A stretch of DNA of 64,000 nt from Squalus acanthias (lineage: Eukaryota): contig CM059431.1 of NCBI GenBank assembly GCA_030390025.1, positions 108,254,001 through 108,318,000 of the forward strand, in the 5' to 3' direction. Below the pieces are notes generated by a model. That model did no database searches. It saw nothing but the letters and a program-made list of their open reading frames with translations, and had not been told where the DNA came from. The position numbers were made by a program, and so were the translations under genes. This document shows, piece after piece, positions 45,226 through 55,562 of the stretch. Position 1 is the first letter of the stretch, and every line of letters begins with the position of its first letter.

Positions 45226-47037
45226 TCATGGGGCACTATTAGACGGTCCTGCGGCACCTACGGGGCCGGTTGCGACCGCCACCTGTCCACGCGCATTCAA
45301 AACCATCTTGCGCATGACTCCTAACACTGCCTCGAGGTCTTCGGGAGAGGTGGGTGCCTTTGCTTCCTTAGCCGGGACAGGCGCCTGGGTTCGGACCGCG
45401 GGATTTTTATCCTTGGAATCCTTCCAAGGGTTCCTGCAGTGCTTGCGCCAGTGCCCTGTCTTCCCACACCCGTAACAGGCATTACTTGCCTGTGGGGCGC
45501 GATTACCCTCCTGATGCCACTCTCTTTGAGTCGGGGCTGCGGGTCGTACCTCATGTACTCTTCCCTTAAAGGGACGGGTTGCCATACCCCTTATGTTACG
45601 GTAACCTAACGTGAGTCGATTCAAGACCGACTCTTCCGTAAGGTTGAGGTCATTGGGATCGAACCAGGCTTTTGCCTGCTCTCTAACGGCTGGTAAACTG
45701 TTGGCTATTATGCACCTAAGCCAATGAATTAAAGCGGCGCCTTCCACATCTTCGCGCTCGGGCGCACCTAGACAGCTGCGCTCATATACTGGCCACAGCC
45801 TGTCGGCAAAAACCTTCGGGGGTTCTCCCTCCATCTGCACTGTCTGTCCCACTCTAGCAAACGGACCTCCGTCGTTCGCTCCCACTACTTCTAGGACCTC
45901 ATTTTTCAATTCCTCATAACTTTTATTACCCCTCTTGCTATCGCCTGAGAGACACTGAAGGACCGAGCTATCTAAAGAGAACAGCAGCATTTTTGCTGTC
46001 TCCCCATCATCGCAGCCGTTGATGGCTGCGGCTTGCTCAACTTCCCTGAAATGTACGGAAGGGTCGTCTATCTCGGTCAGCTTCCTTACGTGGTTTATCA
46101 TGGCCCTCAGCTGATGTGAACTGTGAAGCAACACCAGCTGTCCGAGGAGATCCCCCGGTTCTTCCCCACCGTTTCTGCTTGGGCCCCTTTTAATCCCCGT
46201 TACTGGATACAACGATCCCTTTTCTACCTCTTTTTCAACGGGCTCTTTTGTTTCTTCCGTTGCTTCCTCCCTAACCCAGGTTTCTGAATAGCTGGGTGGC
46301 GCGGAGGGCGCACTGGCTACTACTTCTTCTGCTTTACTTGGTGGGGAATTTCTAAATCTCTCATTTACTAGCGGCTGGCGTGCCGACGGATTAATAAGGC
46401 ACACCATGCCGTTCGCATTATTCACGGCCTTTTTGAGGCTCTCTATCTCCTTTTCGCAGGCGCTATGGTCGGCTCCCTGAAACTTATCCTCAAGGGCCAA
46501 CTTATACGCCGACCTAACCCCCATTAAGCTCTCTTCTTGAGTTCTTATCTGGGCAGCTTGACGGTTACATCTTTCCTTCATCCTACTCTCGTTTAATTTT
46601 GCTTCAGTGATCTGGCACTCGAGATACTCTACCCTTGTTTTAAGGTAACTGGAGACTTCCTGGCTTTCCTGGCGTAACTCATGTAAACTCTTAATGAGCG
46701 CCTCCCCTCCAGAAACCTTCTCCTCCATTTCCTCCTCTAGATGCTTGATTCGAGCGGTTAGCGCTGTATTGGTCTGGTTTGAAATCTGAACCTGCCTTTT
46801 GTAGCACATAAGCCAGACTGCTTTCTCAACTGCCTTTTTATGCTCCTTACTATCCGTCCACCTTTCAGCTGCCTCTAGTGGGCTCTTATCCGCTAACAAT
46901 TCGCTTATCCACTTTTTCGTTAGATTAACCTTCCCAAACACGTAATCCGCTATCTTTTCCTGCATAACATTTCGTACAGTCATTCCAAAATCTAACACAC
47001 TACCCTCTCGCTGCCAGTGTCCTGCCGCGGGCGCCAT
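45226..47037 (-). CDS. gag: Gag polyprotein, 603 aa
   Basis: Position between PBS and protease; coiled-coil-like N-terminal half, PSAPPSY late-domain motif, single CCHC knuckle CYGCGKTGHWRKHC (45436-45477). Confidence 0.92.
   Translation of the reverse strand: MAPAAGHWQREGSVLDFGMTVRNVMQEKIADYVFGKVNLTKKWISELLADKSPLEAAERWTDSKEHKKAVEKAVWLMCYKRQVQISNQTNTALTARIKHLEEEMEEKVSGGEALIKSLHELRQESQEVSSYLKTRVEYLECQITEAKLNESRMKERCNRQAAQIRTQEESLMGVRSAYKLALEDKFQGADHSACEKEIESLKKAVNNANGMVCLINPSARQPLVNERFRNSPPSKAEEVVASAPSAPPSYSETWVREEATEETKEPVEKEVEKGSLYPVTGIKRGPSRNGGEEPGDLLGQLVLLHSSHQLRAMINHVRKLTEIDDPSVHFREVEQAAAINGCDDGETAKMLLFSLDSSVLQCLSGDSKRGNKSYEELKNEVLEVVGANDGGPFARVGQTVQMEGEPPKVFADRLWPVYERSCLGAPEREDVEGAALIHWLRCIIANSLPAVREQAKAWFDPNDLNLTEESVLNRLTLGYRNIRGMATRPFKGRVHEVRPAAPTQREWHQEGNRAPQASNACYGCGKTGHWRKHCRNPWKDSKDKNPAVRTQAPVPAKEAKAPTSPEDLEAVLGVMRKMVLNARGQVAVATGPVGAAGPSNSAP
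47019..47036 (-). promoter_or_regulatory. Primer-binding-site-like motif (tRNA-Lys-like)
   Basis: TGGCGCCCGCGGCAGGAC 5 nt after the 5' LTR; first 9 nt identical to the tRNA-Lys(UUU) PBS TGGCGCCCGAACAGGGAC, 13/18 overall. Confidence 0.65.
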
Positions 47038-47041
47038 TTTC

Positions 47042-48739
47042 TGTAAGGGATTCTCTCCTGACCCTGCGTGTCTCGTAGCCTGTGAGATTCACGCGGCTCT
47101 GTGCAGCCTGTATGTCAGTGCGGGTCTAGGCCTGGTCTCCAGCCAGTCTGGGAACACTAGACACCCCTGTGAGTGGTTCGAATCACTCTCCCTTACGGTT
47201 CTAGACACTGGACTTAGATGCGAGAGCAGTAATGGAGATAAAACTCATGTAGACTTGGTTTGAACGGTACGAAATGGAAAATCTTTATTGCATGATACTT
47301 AAAATTATGAAATACATGTCATATGCACAGATTAATGACAGTACAATCTTACAAACAGTTATAATCACTCTTAGGGAAACGAGGAACGACCAGCACAACG
47401 TAAATAGGGCACACATTACAAATATCCTTAATCTTTAAACCCTCCCCTATCAATAACTATCCTAAAACTAGCTTCGTAGGACCTCGAGACTCATGCTCAC
47501 CACTCGTAATAACTCGGAGAAATCCCGAATAGCTGATCGGATGTTTTTCACCGCAGCACCCACGTGTTGGTCAGGAGATCTCCTGGTCCCACTTGTTTAC
47601 TGCTTCTGCTGCTCGGTCAGTCGGCTGGACCGTCCGCTGTAGTGAAGACCTCTGTTGGTTGGATACAGGGTATGGTGGAGCACCGTTGTCAATATCGCTG
47701 ATACGATGTGTTTACACAGTCCAGTTATCGTCGATGCAATATGTCTTGTTAAAGAAGAAAACTTCCTGTCGAGAAGACTTGGCTGATCGACCTACAGGCG
47801 CGGTCGGGATTTACTGACCGTGGCGATGGATAAGGTCTTCTTCTCTTCTCCTCTCATCTCATCTCATCTCATCTCATCTCATCTCATCTCATCCCGGGCC
47901 TTCGGTTCCGCTGCCAGCTACCAACATAGGTCTTTGCAACAGTCTTTTACCCAGGAGCAGCCACGATGATAACAGCAACAAGCGGCAAGAGTCAAGAACA
48001 CGAGGCAAGCAGCAAGAGCAAGAGGCCAGAGCAAGAATCAAGAGAGCGAATGGACGGTTTGGGGCCTGCAATTATAGTGCACAGTTCTTCCGTTTCCCGC
48101 CCAACTACAATGTCCATTCTTTTGTTTAAGGTTTGGCGCCCAAATTATACTGCACAGTTCTTCCGTTTCCCGCCCAACTACAATGTCCATTCTTTTGTTT
48201 AAGGTTTGGCGCCCAAAATGTCCTGTATGGGTGATCTCTGTCCTTAATGGGTTTCGGGGCTACTCCTGAATGTTTGAGTACCTGTTAATATTTCTCCCAT
48301 TGTTAAATCGGTCGGTGTTCCCCCTGGAGGGGTTTGGGGCTTCCAAGTGTCCTGTATAACTACCTGCTAACGGCTCTCTCATCGTAGAGCCGTTGGGAGT
48401 TTACATACTAATGTCCTTTGGATGGGCCCTTGATGGCTTTCCTTTGTACCTGGGAGACCGATTCCAGTATCGATGTTTATACTGTAAACCCATAATGTCC
48501 TGTGTATTGTCTTCACTGTGCTGAATCGTTATCGATCTTGCAAGAATGTTTATTGGAACGCCATCTTGTCTGCCTGCTGAAAAGTCTAGAATGTTCTGTC
48601 ACGCGGTGCGGCGGCCATTTTACAGGCTGCTTGTGTCCAATTTAAACCTGACAGCATTCCGCTGAAATAAAAGCTGTTTTGAACGAAACTTGTGTTTTCT
48701 CCTTATTAAAATGAAATCGCGATAATTGCGAATTCTACA
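47042..48739 (-). repeat. 5' LTR (1698 bp)
   Basis: By eye differs from the 3' LTR only by two fewer CATCT units and one substitution (C48150 vs G37071). Confidence 0.97.
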
Positions 48740-49085
48740 ATGTGGTTGCAAAGTAACCATGGTAGGGAACTAAATATTCCAGGATACTTAACTTTTAGAA
48801 GAGATAGGCAAAATGGAAAAGGAGGGGGGCTAGTCCTGATAATAAAGGATGGGATAAAGACAGTAGAGAGAAAGAATCTTAGCTCCAAAAATCAAGAAGT
48901 AGAATCAGTTTTGGGGGAGCTAAGAAACAGCAAGGGGCAGAATACATTGGTGGGAGTTGGTTATAGGCCCCCAAACAGTAGTTGTAATGTAGGGCAGAGT
49001 ATAAATCAGGAAATTAGAGGCGCATGTAACAAAGGAAATCATGGGGGACTTTAATCTACATATAGACTGGGCAAACCAAATTTGC
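48740..49085 (+). mobile_element. CR1 ORF2 AP-endonuclease fragment, right of provirus
   Basis: WLQ...LNIPGYLTFRRDRQNGKGGG...VGVGYRPPNS...GDFN motifs. Confidence 0.88.
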
Positions 49086-49680
49086 ACATAAATACTGTGG
49101 CAACAAGAGCAGGTCAGGGGCTAGGTATTCTGCAGCGAGTGTCTCACCTCCTGACTCCCCAAAACCTTTCCACCATCTACAAGGTACAAGTAAGGAGTGT
49201 GATGGAATACTCTCCACTTGCCTGGATGAGTGCAGCTCCAACAACACTAAAGAAGCTCAACACCATCCAGGACAAAGCAGCCCGCATGATTGGCACCCCA
49301 TCGACCACCTTAAATATTCCCTCCACCACCGGCACACCGTGGCTGCAGTGTGTACCATCTACAAAATGCACTGCAGCAACTCCCCAAGGCTCCTTCGGCA
49401 GCACCTCCCAAACCCGCGACCTCTACCACCTAGAAGGACAAGGGCAGCAGGCGCATGGGAACACCACCACCTGCAAGTTTCCCTCCAAGTCACACACCAT
49501 CCTGACATAGAAGTATATCGCCGATCCTTCATCGTAACTGGGTCAAAATCCTGGAACTCCCTCCCTAACAGCACTATGGGAGTACTTTCACCACACGGAC
49601 TGCAGCGGTTCAAGAAGGCGGCTCACCACCACCTTCTCAAGGGCAACTAGGGATTGGCAATAAATGCCCACATCCCGTAA
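49086..49680 (+). mobile_element. LINE 3' fragment (second CR1/Jockey-group family)
   Basis: HINTVATRAGQGLGILQRVSHLL...QVRSVMEYSPLAW...IQDKAARMIG; KSWNSLP; 3' UTR. Confidence 0.8.
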
Positions 49681-50189
49681 ACAAATAAAACAAAAAGATA
49701 GCCCTATTCTTAGACTGACAGATTTTTGTTAGGCAAAGGTATTGAGGCTTACGGAACCAAGGCGGGTAGATGGAGATAGGAGACATATCAGACATGATCT
49801 AAGTGAATGGCGGAATAGGCTCAAGGGGCTGAATGACCTGTTCCTGGTTCTATGTTCCCAACCATTGATCCAGTTTTTTTCTCCACCCACCAATGTTTCT
49901 TCTCCTTTAAATAATGTAGGTATATGGACTGCCATGTAATGAGAGCATCGTGGCTGTTTCAGGGATAATGGTCAGTGAAGTGCACAGTGACATTTCTGTG
50001 ATCAGGTACAACCTAAACAATGATTGATTACAAACCCTTTCTATTGCGGCTGATAGGAAGCGTCCTGATGTCCACAAGGGTACCGTGTGCGATGCTTTGC
50101 AGTCAAGGGGATCCTGCCACCCAGCGAGAGCGCCTTTCCACAGGAAAAGCAATGAAGGAGTTCCCTCCTGCATTTGTCACTTACTTGAT

Positions 50190-51941
50190 ACGTGGCAGAG
50201 AAATTAAACAAATACTTTGTGTCTGTCTTCACGGAAGAAGATGCAAAAAACCTCCCGGAAATAATGGAGAACCAAAGGTCTAGCGAGAATGAGTAACTGA
50301 AAGAAAATAGTATTAGTAAAAAATGAGTACTGGAGAAATTAATGGGACTGAAAGCCAATAAATTCCCTGGACCCGATGGCCTAAATCCTAGCGTTTTGAA
50401 AGAGTTGGCTATAGAGATAGTGGATGCAATGGTTGTCATCTTCCAAAATTCCATAGATTCTAGAACAACTTCCGCGGATTGGAAGGTAGCAAATGTAACC
50501 CCACTATTTAAGAAAGGAGGGAGAGAGAAAATGGGGAACTACAGACCAGTTAGCCTGAAATCATTAGTAGGTGAAATGCTAGAATCTATTATTAAGGACG
50601 TGGTAACAGGGCACTTAGAAAATAATAGGATTGGGCAGAATCAACATGGATTTATGAAAGGGAAATCATGTTTGGCGAATCCGTTAAGATTTTTTTGAGG
50701 TTGTAACTAGCAGAATAGATAAGGGGGAACCAGTGGATGTGGTGTATTTGAATTTTCAGAAGGCATTCGATAAGGTGCCACACAAGAGGTTATTAAACAA
50801 AATTAGGGCTCATGGGATTGGGGGTAATATACTAGCATGGATTGAGGATTGGTTAACGGACAGAAAACAGAGAGTAGGAATAAACGGGTCATTTTCGGGT
50901 TGGCAGGCTGTAACTAATGGAGTACCGCATGCATCAATGCATGGGCCTCAGCTATTCACCATCTACATCAATGATTTGGATGAGGGGACCAAATGTAATA
51001 TATCCAAGTTTGCTGATGATACAAAGCTAGGTGGGAATGTAAGTTGTGAAGAGGATGCAAAGAGGCTTCAAGGGGATATTAACAGACTAAGTGAGTGGGC
51101 AAGAACATGGCAAATGGAGTATAATGTGGAGAAATGTGAAGTTATCCACTTTGATGGGAAAAATAGAAAAGCAGAGTATTTTTTAAATTGAGAGAGATTG
51201 GGAAATGTTGGTGTTCAGAGCGACCTGGGTGTCCTTGTACACAAACCAGTGAAAGTTAACATGCAGGTACAGCAAGCAATTAGGAAAGCAAATGGTATGT
51301 TAGCCTTTATTACAAGAGGATTTGAGTATAATAGTAAAGACGTCTTACTGCAATTATATAGGGCCCTGGTGAGACCACACCTGGAGTATTGTGTACAGTT
51401 TTGGTCTCCTAACTTAAGGAAGGATATACTTGCCATAGAGGGAGTGCAACAAAGGTTCACCAGACTGCTTCCTGGGATGGGGGGATTGTCCTATGAGGAG
51501 AGATTGAGTAGACTAGGCCTATATTCTCTGGAGTTTAGAAGAATGAGAGGTGATTTCATTTTAACATACAAAATTCTTCCAGGGCTTGATAGGGTAGATG
51601 CAGGGAGGATATTTCCCCTGGCTGGAGAGTCTAGAACCAGGGGGCACAGTCTCAGTCCCAAATAGCTGACCCCTTATTCTGAGATGAGGAGACATTTCTT
51701 CACTCAGAGGGTGGTGAATCTTTGGAATTCTCTATCCCAGAGGGCCGTGGTTGCTCAGTCGTTGAGTATATTCAAGACAGAGATCGATAGATTTTTGGAT
51801 ATTAAGGGAATCAAGGGATATGGGGATAGTGCAGGAAAGTGGAGATGAGGTAAAAGTTCAGCCATGATCTTATTGAATGGCGGAGCAGGCTTGAGAGGCC
51901 GAATGGCCTCCTCCTGCTCCTATTTCTTATGTTCTTATGTT
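50190..51941 (+). mobile_element. CR1 LINE ORF2 RT region and 3' UTR (pseudogenised)
   Basis: PGPDG, NYRPVSL, FQKAFDKVPH, KFADD, LVRPHLEYC across frameshifted ORFs. Confidence 0.93.
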
Positions 51942-52084
51942 AGCTTGGTAACTCCCTCCGGAAAACATTACTCCTCTTCTATGCTAAGACTAGGGTTTAC
52001 AAAACCCAGAGGACCTGAAGTGGAGTGGTTAGGAGAAAGAGGTTGTCACAAACTGTTACTGGTGGTCACAATTCCTCATTCAAC

Positions 52085-52397
52085 TGTTTCCAGTGGCAGG
52101 AGGGTCAGTAACTAGAGGACACAGATCTAAGGTAATAGGCAAAAGAACTGGAGGTGACATGAGAAAAAACATTTTCACTCAGTGAGTTATGATGATCTGC
52201 AATGCACTGCCTGAAAGGGTGGTGGAAGCAGGTTCAATAATAACTTTCAAAAGGGAACTGGATAAATACTTGAAGGGGAAAAATTTGCAGGCCTATGGGA
52301 AAAGAGCAGGGGAGTGGGACTGACTGGATTGCTCTTTCAAAGAGCCGACACAGACACAATGGGCCAAATGGCCTCCTTCTGTGCAGTATGATTCTGT
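52085..52397 (+). mobile_element. CR1 LINE 3' end
   Basis: Homologous to reverse complement of 4939-5250. Confidence 0.75.
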
Positions 52398-55271
52398 CTT
52401 AACTCACAGAATGAGCAGGGCAAGTCGAGTTTCAGGATGTTGTGGTCTCGCAGTAATATGGCCACCACCATTGTTACATCATCACACCACTTTCACTGTC
52501 TCCACTAGGTTCCCCCCTACCCTGCTGTCTATCACATACTCCTCTTCCTGTACCTGTCTATGTGATGTGACTATCCCAGGATTAAACTGTCTAGATATTC
52601 CGCCTCCCCTTATGTTTCAGAGTGTCTCTAACTCGTACCCCAGCTCAATGACTCTGAGCCAGACATATGACTCTTAAAGACATAGACATTTCCCATTGGT
52701 GTGGTCATCTGGGACAGTCTCACGCTCCACAAATTCCCACATTCTACAATCCCGACACACTGCCTTTGCTGCCATTATCCATTTTATATATTTATTTTTC
52801 AGTATTTATTTATCTTATTTCTGGTGCTATCTGATTCACCTTTAATACTAAATTATGAATAATAGGAGGATTTAATTTAATTTCTTGTCTTTACTTCTAT
52901 TGCCCAGTTTAGTTTATTTAGCCTATTACATTTATTGGTGACATCCCTTTATTTATTTAAGTATTTATGGTTGATAGCTTATTTGCCCTTGCCTCCCATT
53001 TATTAATTCCTCTTTCTTCTAAGTTAATTATCCCTTAAATCTACTACATAGTTAAATATTAAAGTGTGAATAAATAATCGCACACTTAGCTTTCATTCCT
53101 CAAGCTCAGTTGCTCTTGCCTTTGTACCAGCTACAATGCCTCTTTTTCTAACTCATCCTACCATTTGTTTCAGTGTTGTCGCCACTTCACTGACCCCACG
53201 TTGCTTTAAATCCTGTCTCCAGGCCTTCCCACGATGCTCTGTGTTGTTAGTAGGTTGTGTTTTTTTTGATTGGGGAAAACAAAGGTGGCTGCCTTACCTG
53301 CTAGCACTTCTAATACGTGGTGACAAGATATGGAAATTCCTGGCCTGTGATTCGCCAAATCTCACCGTATCCAAATGAGCAAATCCCAGTGTTCGGGAAA
53401 TATCCAAGCATTCATCCAGTCTGAATTGCATCTATTGTTATCTTTCCGTTTCACCTCAGACGATCGACCAATTTCACAATGATCCAGATCAAAAAAATTT
53501 TGGCTAACATTTTATAAAATGATAGGCTCATTTAAGGGGAAGCCATATAAGTACATGGGGGAGAAAGGAATAGAAGGGTGTGCTGATAGTGTGAGATGAA
53601 GTGAGGTTCGTGTGAAGCATAAACACTAGCATGGACCTATAGGGCTGAATGGTTGTTTCTGTGCTGTAAATACTATGTAATACTTTGTAAAATGCCTTAT
53701 TGCAGTCTAATTGCTGTTGTCCTGGAGTATCAGTTGAAAGGCACTCTTTGAAAATTTGTTCTCTGAATGTATTTATTATTTTGCCATTGCTTACCGCAAA
53801 TGTATCCTTGTGTTCTGCTGAGATAGTTTTTCAATGTGTGGATGAACATTATTTCCTTGGAATTAATAGCGGAACAAATGTGAATTATATGCAATGGCAA
53901 ACATTCATTGTAACAGTGCCTATTTTAAGTGGTTTATCTGATGTTTTCATATACATTATTTCATTCAATGTATTCTATGGGGAGGGAGCAGAGGAGGGGG
54001 ATTAATTAGAGAGCTCTTTCACAGAACCGGCACAGGCACGATGGGCCGAATGGCCTCCTGCCGTGCTGTATGATCCTATGATTCTTTTAGTGTTTTATTG
54101 CCTTCAGTTAATTCAGAAGTAACCTAGAGAGATGAAAGCTGTGACCACCAGCAATTTAGTTCAGGTACATATTTAGTAATTTCACTTCAACGCAACTTTG
54201 AAAACAAAATTCTCCCGCCTGTGAAAACCAGCGTGCCCTGTTTTGTATTTGATTGGAAGTGCAGATCAAGTGGAAAATACTTTCTAGTGAAATATATAAC
54301 CGAAGAAGTCAACCTGGTTTGGATTTTGGAGTTACTGTACTGACTTCAGTTCATTGAGCTTGAGCCAGGATTAGAATCACTGATATTGCTGAGCTCAAGT
54401 TGAGAGTAGAAGCAAAAACTAGATGAGCTCCAAGTTTGTTGGGTGCAATATCTATTTGAAAGCGTAGGGACACTCAAACGGTGGGAGCAGGTCATTTGAC
54501 CTCGTAGAAAATTACATTGAATTTACAGCACAGAAACAGGCCATTCGGCCCAACTGGTCTATGCTGGTGTTTATGCTCCACACGAGCCTTCTTCCACCCT
54601 ACTTCATCTCCTTCTATTCCTTTCTCCCTCATGTAATTATCTAGTCCCCCCTTAAAGGCAACTATGCTATTCGCCTCAATCATTCGTTTAGTACATTACC
54701 TCATGCATGGCAGCCGTCAGCAGTATTTTGAAGATCCCTAATGTTTTTGTCTGTACCACCTGCCTGGCAGATGAACCCAAACACTGAGTAAAAATGTTCT
54801 TCCTAATATCTGTTTCAAATTGACCTTCCACTAATTTAGATTTATGTCCTCTGTATTAATCTCTTGGCTTACTTAAAAGTAACATTTTGCATTATGTCAT
54901 CTATGCCATTTGATATTTATAAATCTCTATGAGGACCGCTTTATCGCATTCTTTCTACACAGTAGAGCTTGGATTTTTCGAACCTTTCTCTTTACACTAG
55001 GGATCAGTTTTTTAGTCTGCTTAAGGAATGGAGCAATCTATCACTTCTCAAGAAATATGAACCAAACCAATTAAAGCTTGCTTAAAACATAGTACAAATG
55101 AACTTATCTTTCAGCTCTGTATTCTTGCTAACCCATTATTCAATTCTTGATTATTTTTTGAAAATCTCCCTTTTAATAAATTTTCTCTTCAGGTTTTTAT
55201 TAATAGCATAGCCTTGATGCCAGGCAGCTGACCTGCTCCCAAGCATCTGTCACTACTGCTCTGTGACTGGG

Positions 55272-55562
55272 CACAACCTCCGCCAGCCCTACATCCCTCT
55301 GAGATCTCTGCGCTCCTCTAATTCTGGCCTCTTGTGCATCCCCGATTTCCATCGCTGCACCATTGCCAGCCGTGCCTTCAGCTGCCTGGGCCCGAAGCTC
55401 TGGAATTCCCTCCCTAAACCTCTCCGCCTCCCTACCTCTCTGTTCTCCTTTAAGACGCTTTTTAAAGCCTATCTCTTTGACCAAGCGTTTGGTCACCTGT
55501 CCTAATATCTCCTCATATAGTTCGGTGTCAAATTTTGTTTGATAATCGCTCCTGTGAAGCAC
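55272..55562 (+). mobile_element. L2-clade LINE 3' fragment
   Basis: RSLRSSNSGLLCIP...RAFSCLGPKLWNSLP...FKTLFKAYLF; homologous to 11040-11250. Confidence 0.8.

Larger units (their letters stand above)
35953..48739 (-). mobile_element. Full-length endogenous retrovirus-like provirus (lokiretrovirus-like): LTR-gag-pol-env-LTR
   Basis: Two TG...CA LTRs, ATGT duplicated at 35949-35952 and 48740-48743, PBS-like and PPT-like motifs, three long open ORFs. Structure is certain; lineage assignment is inferred. Confidence 0.95.

Noticed and set aside
45226..45228. Selenocysteine recoding of the gag UGA
   Set aside because: No SECIS identified; the UGA-CUAG context alone is a sufficient known explanation.
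35953..48739. Calling the provirus a foamy virus or an errantivirus/Gypsy
   Set aside because: CCHC Gag, in-frame gag-pol, F-like Env and no accessory ORFs argue against foamy virus; LPQG-type RT and second RNase H argue against Gypsy. Phylogeny is still required.
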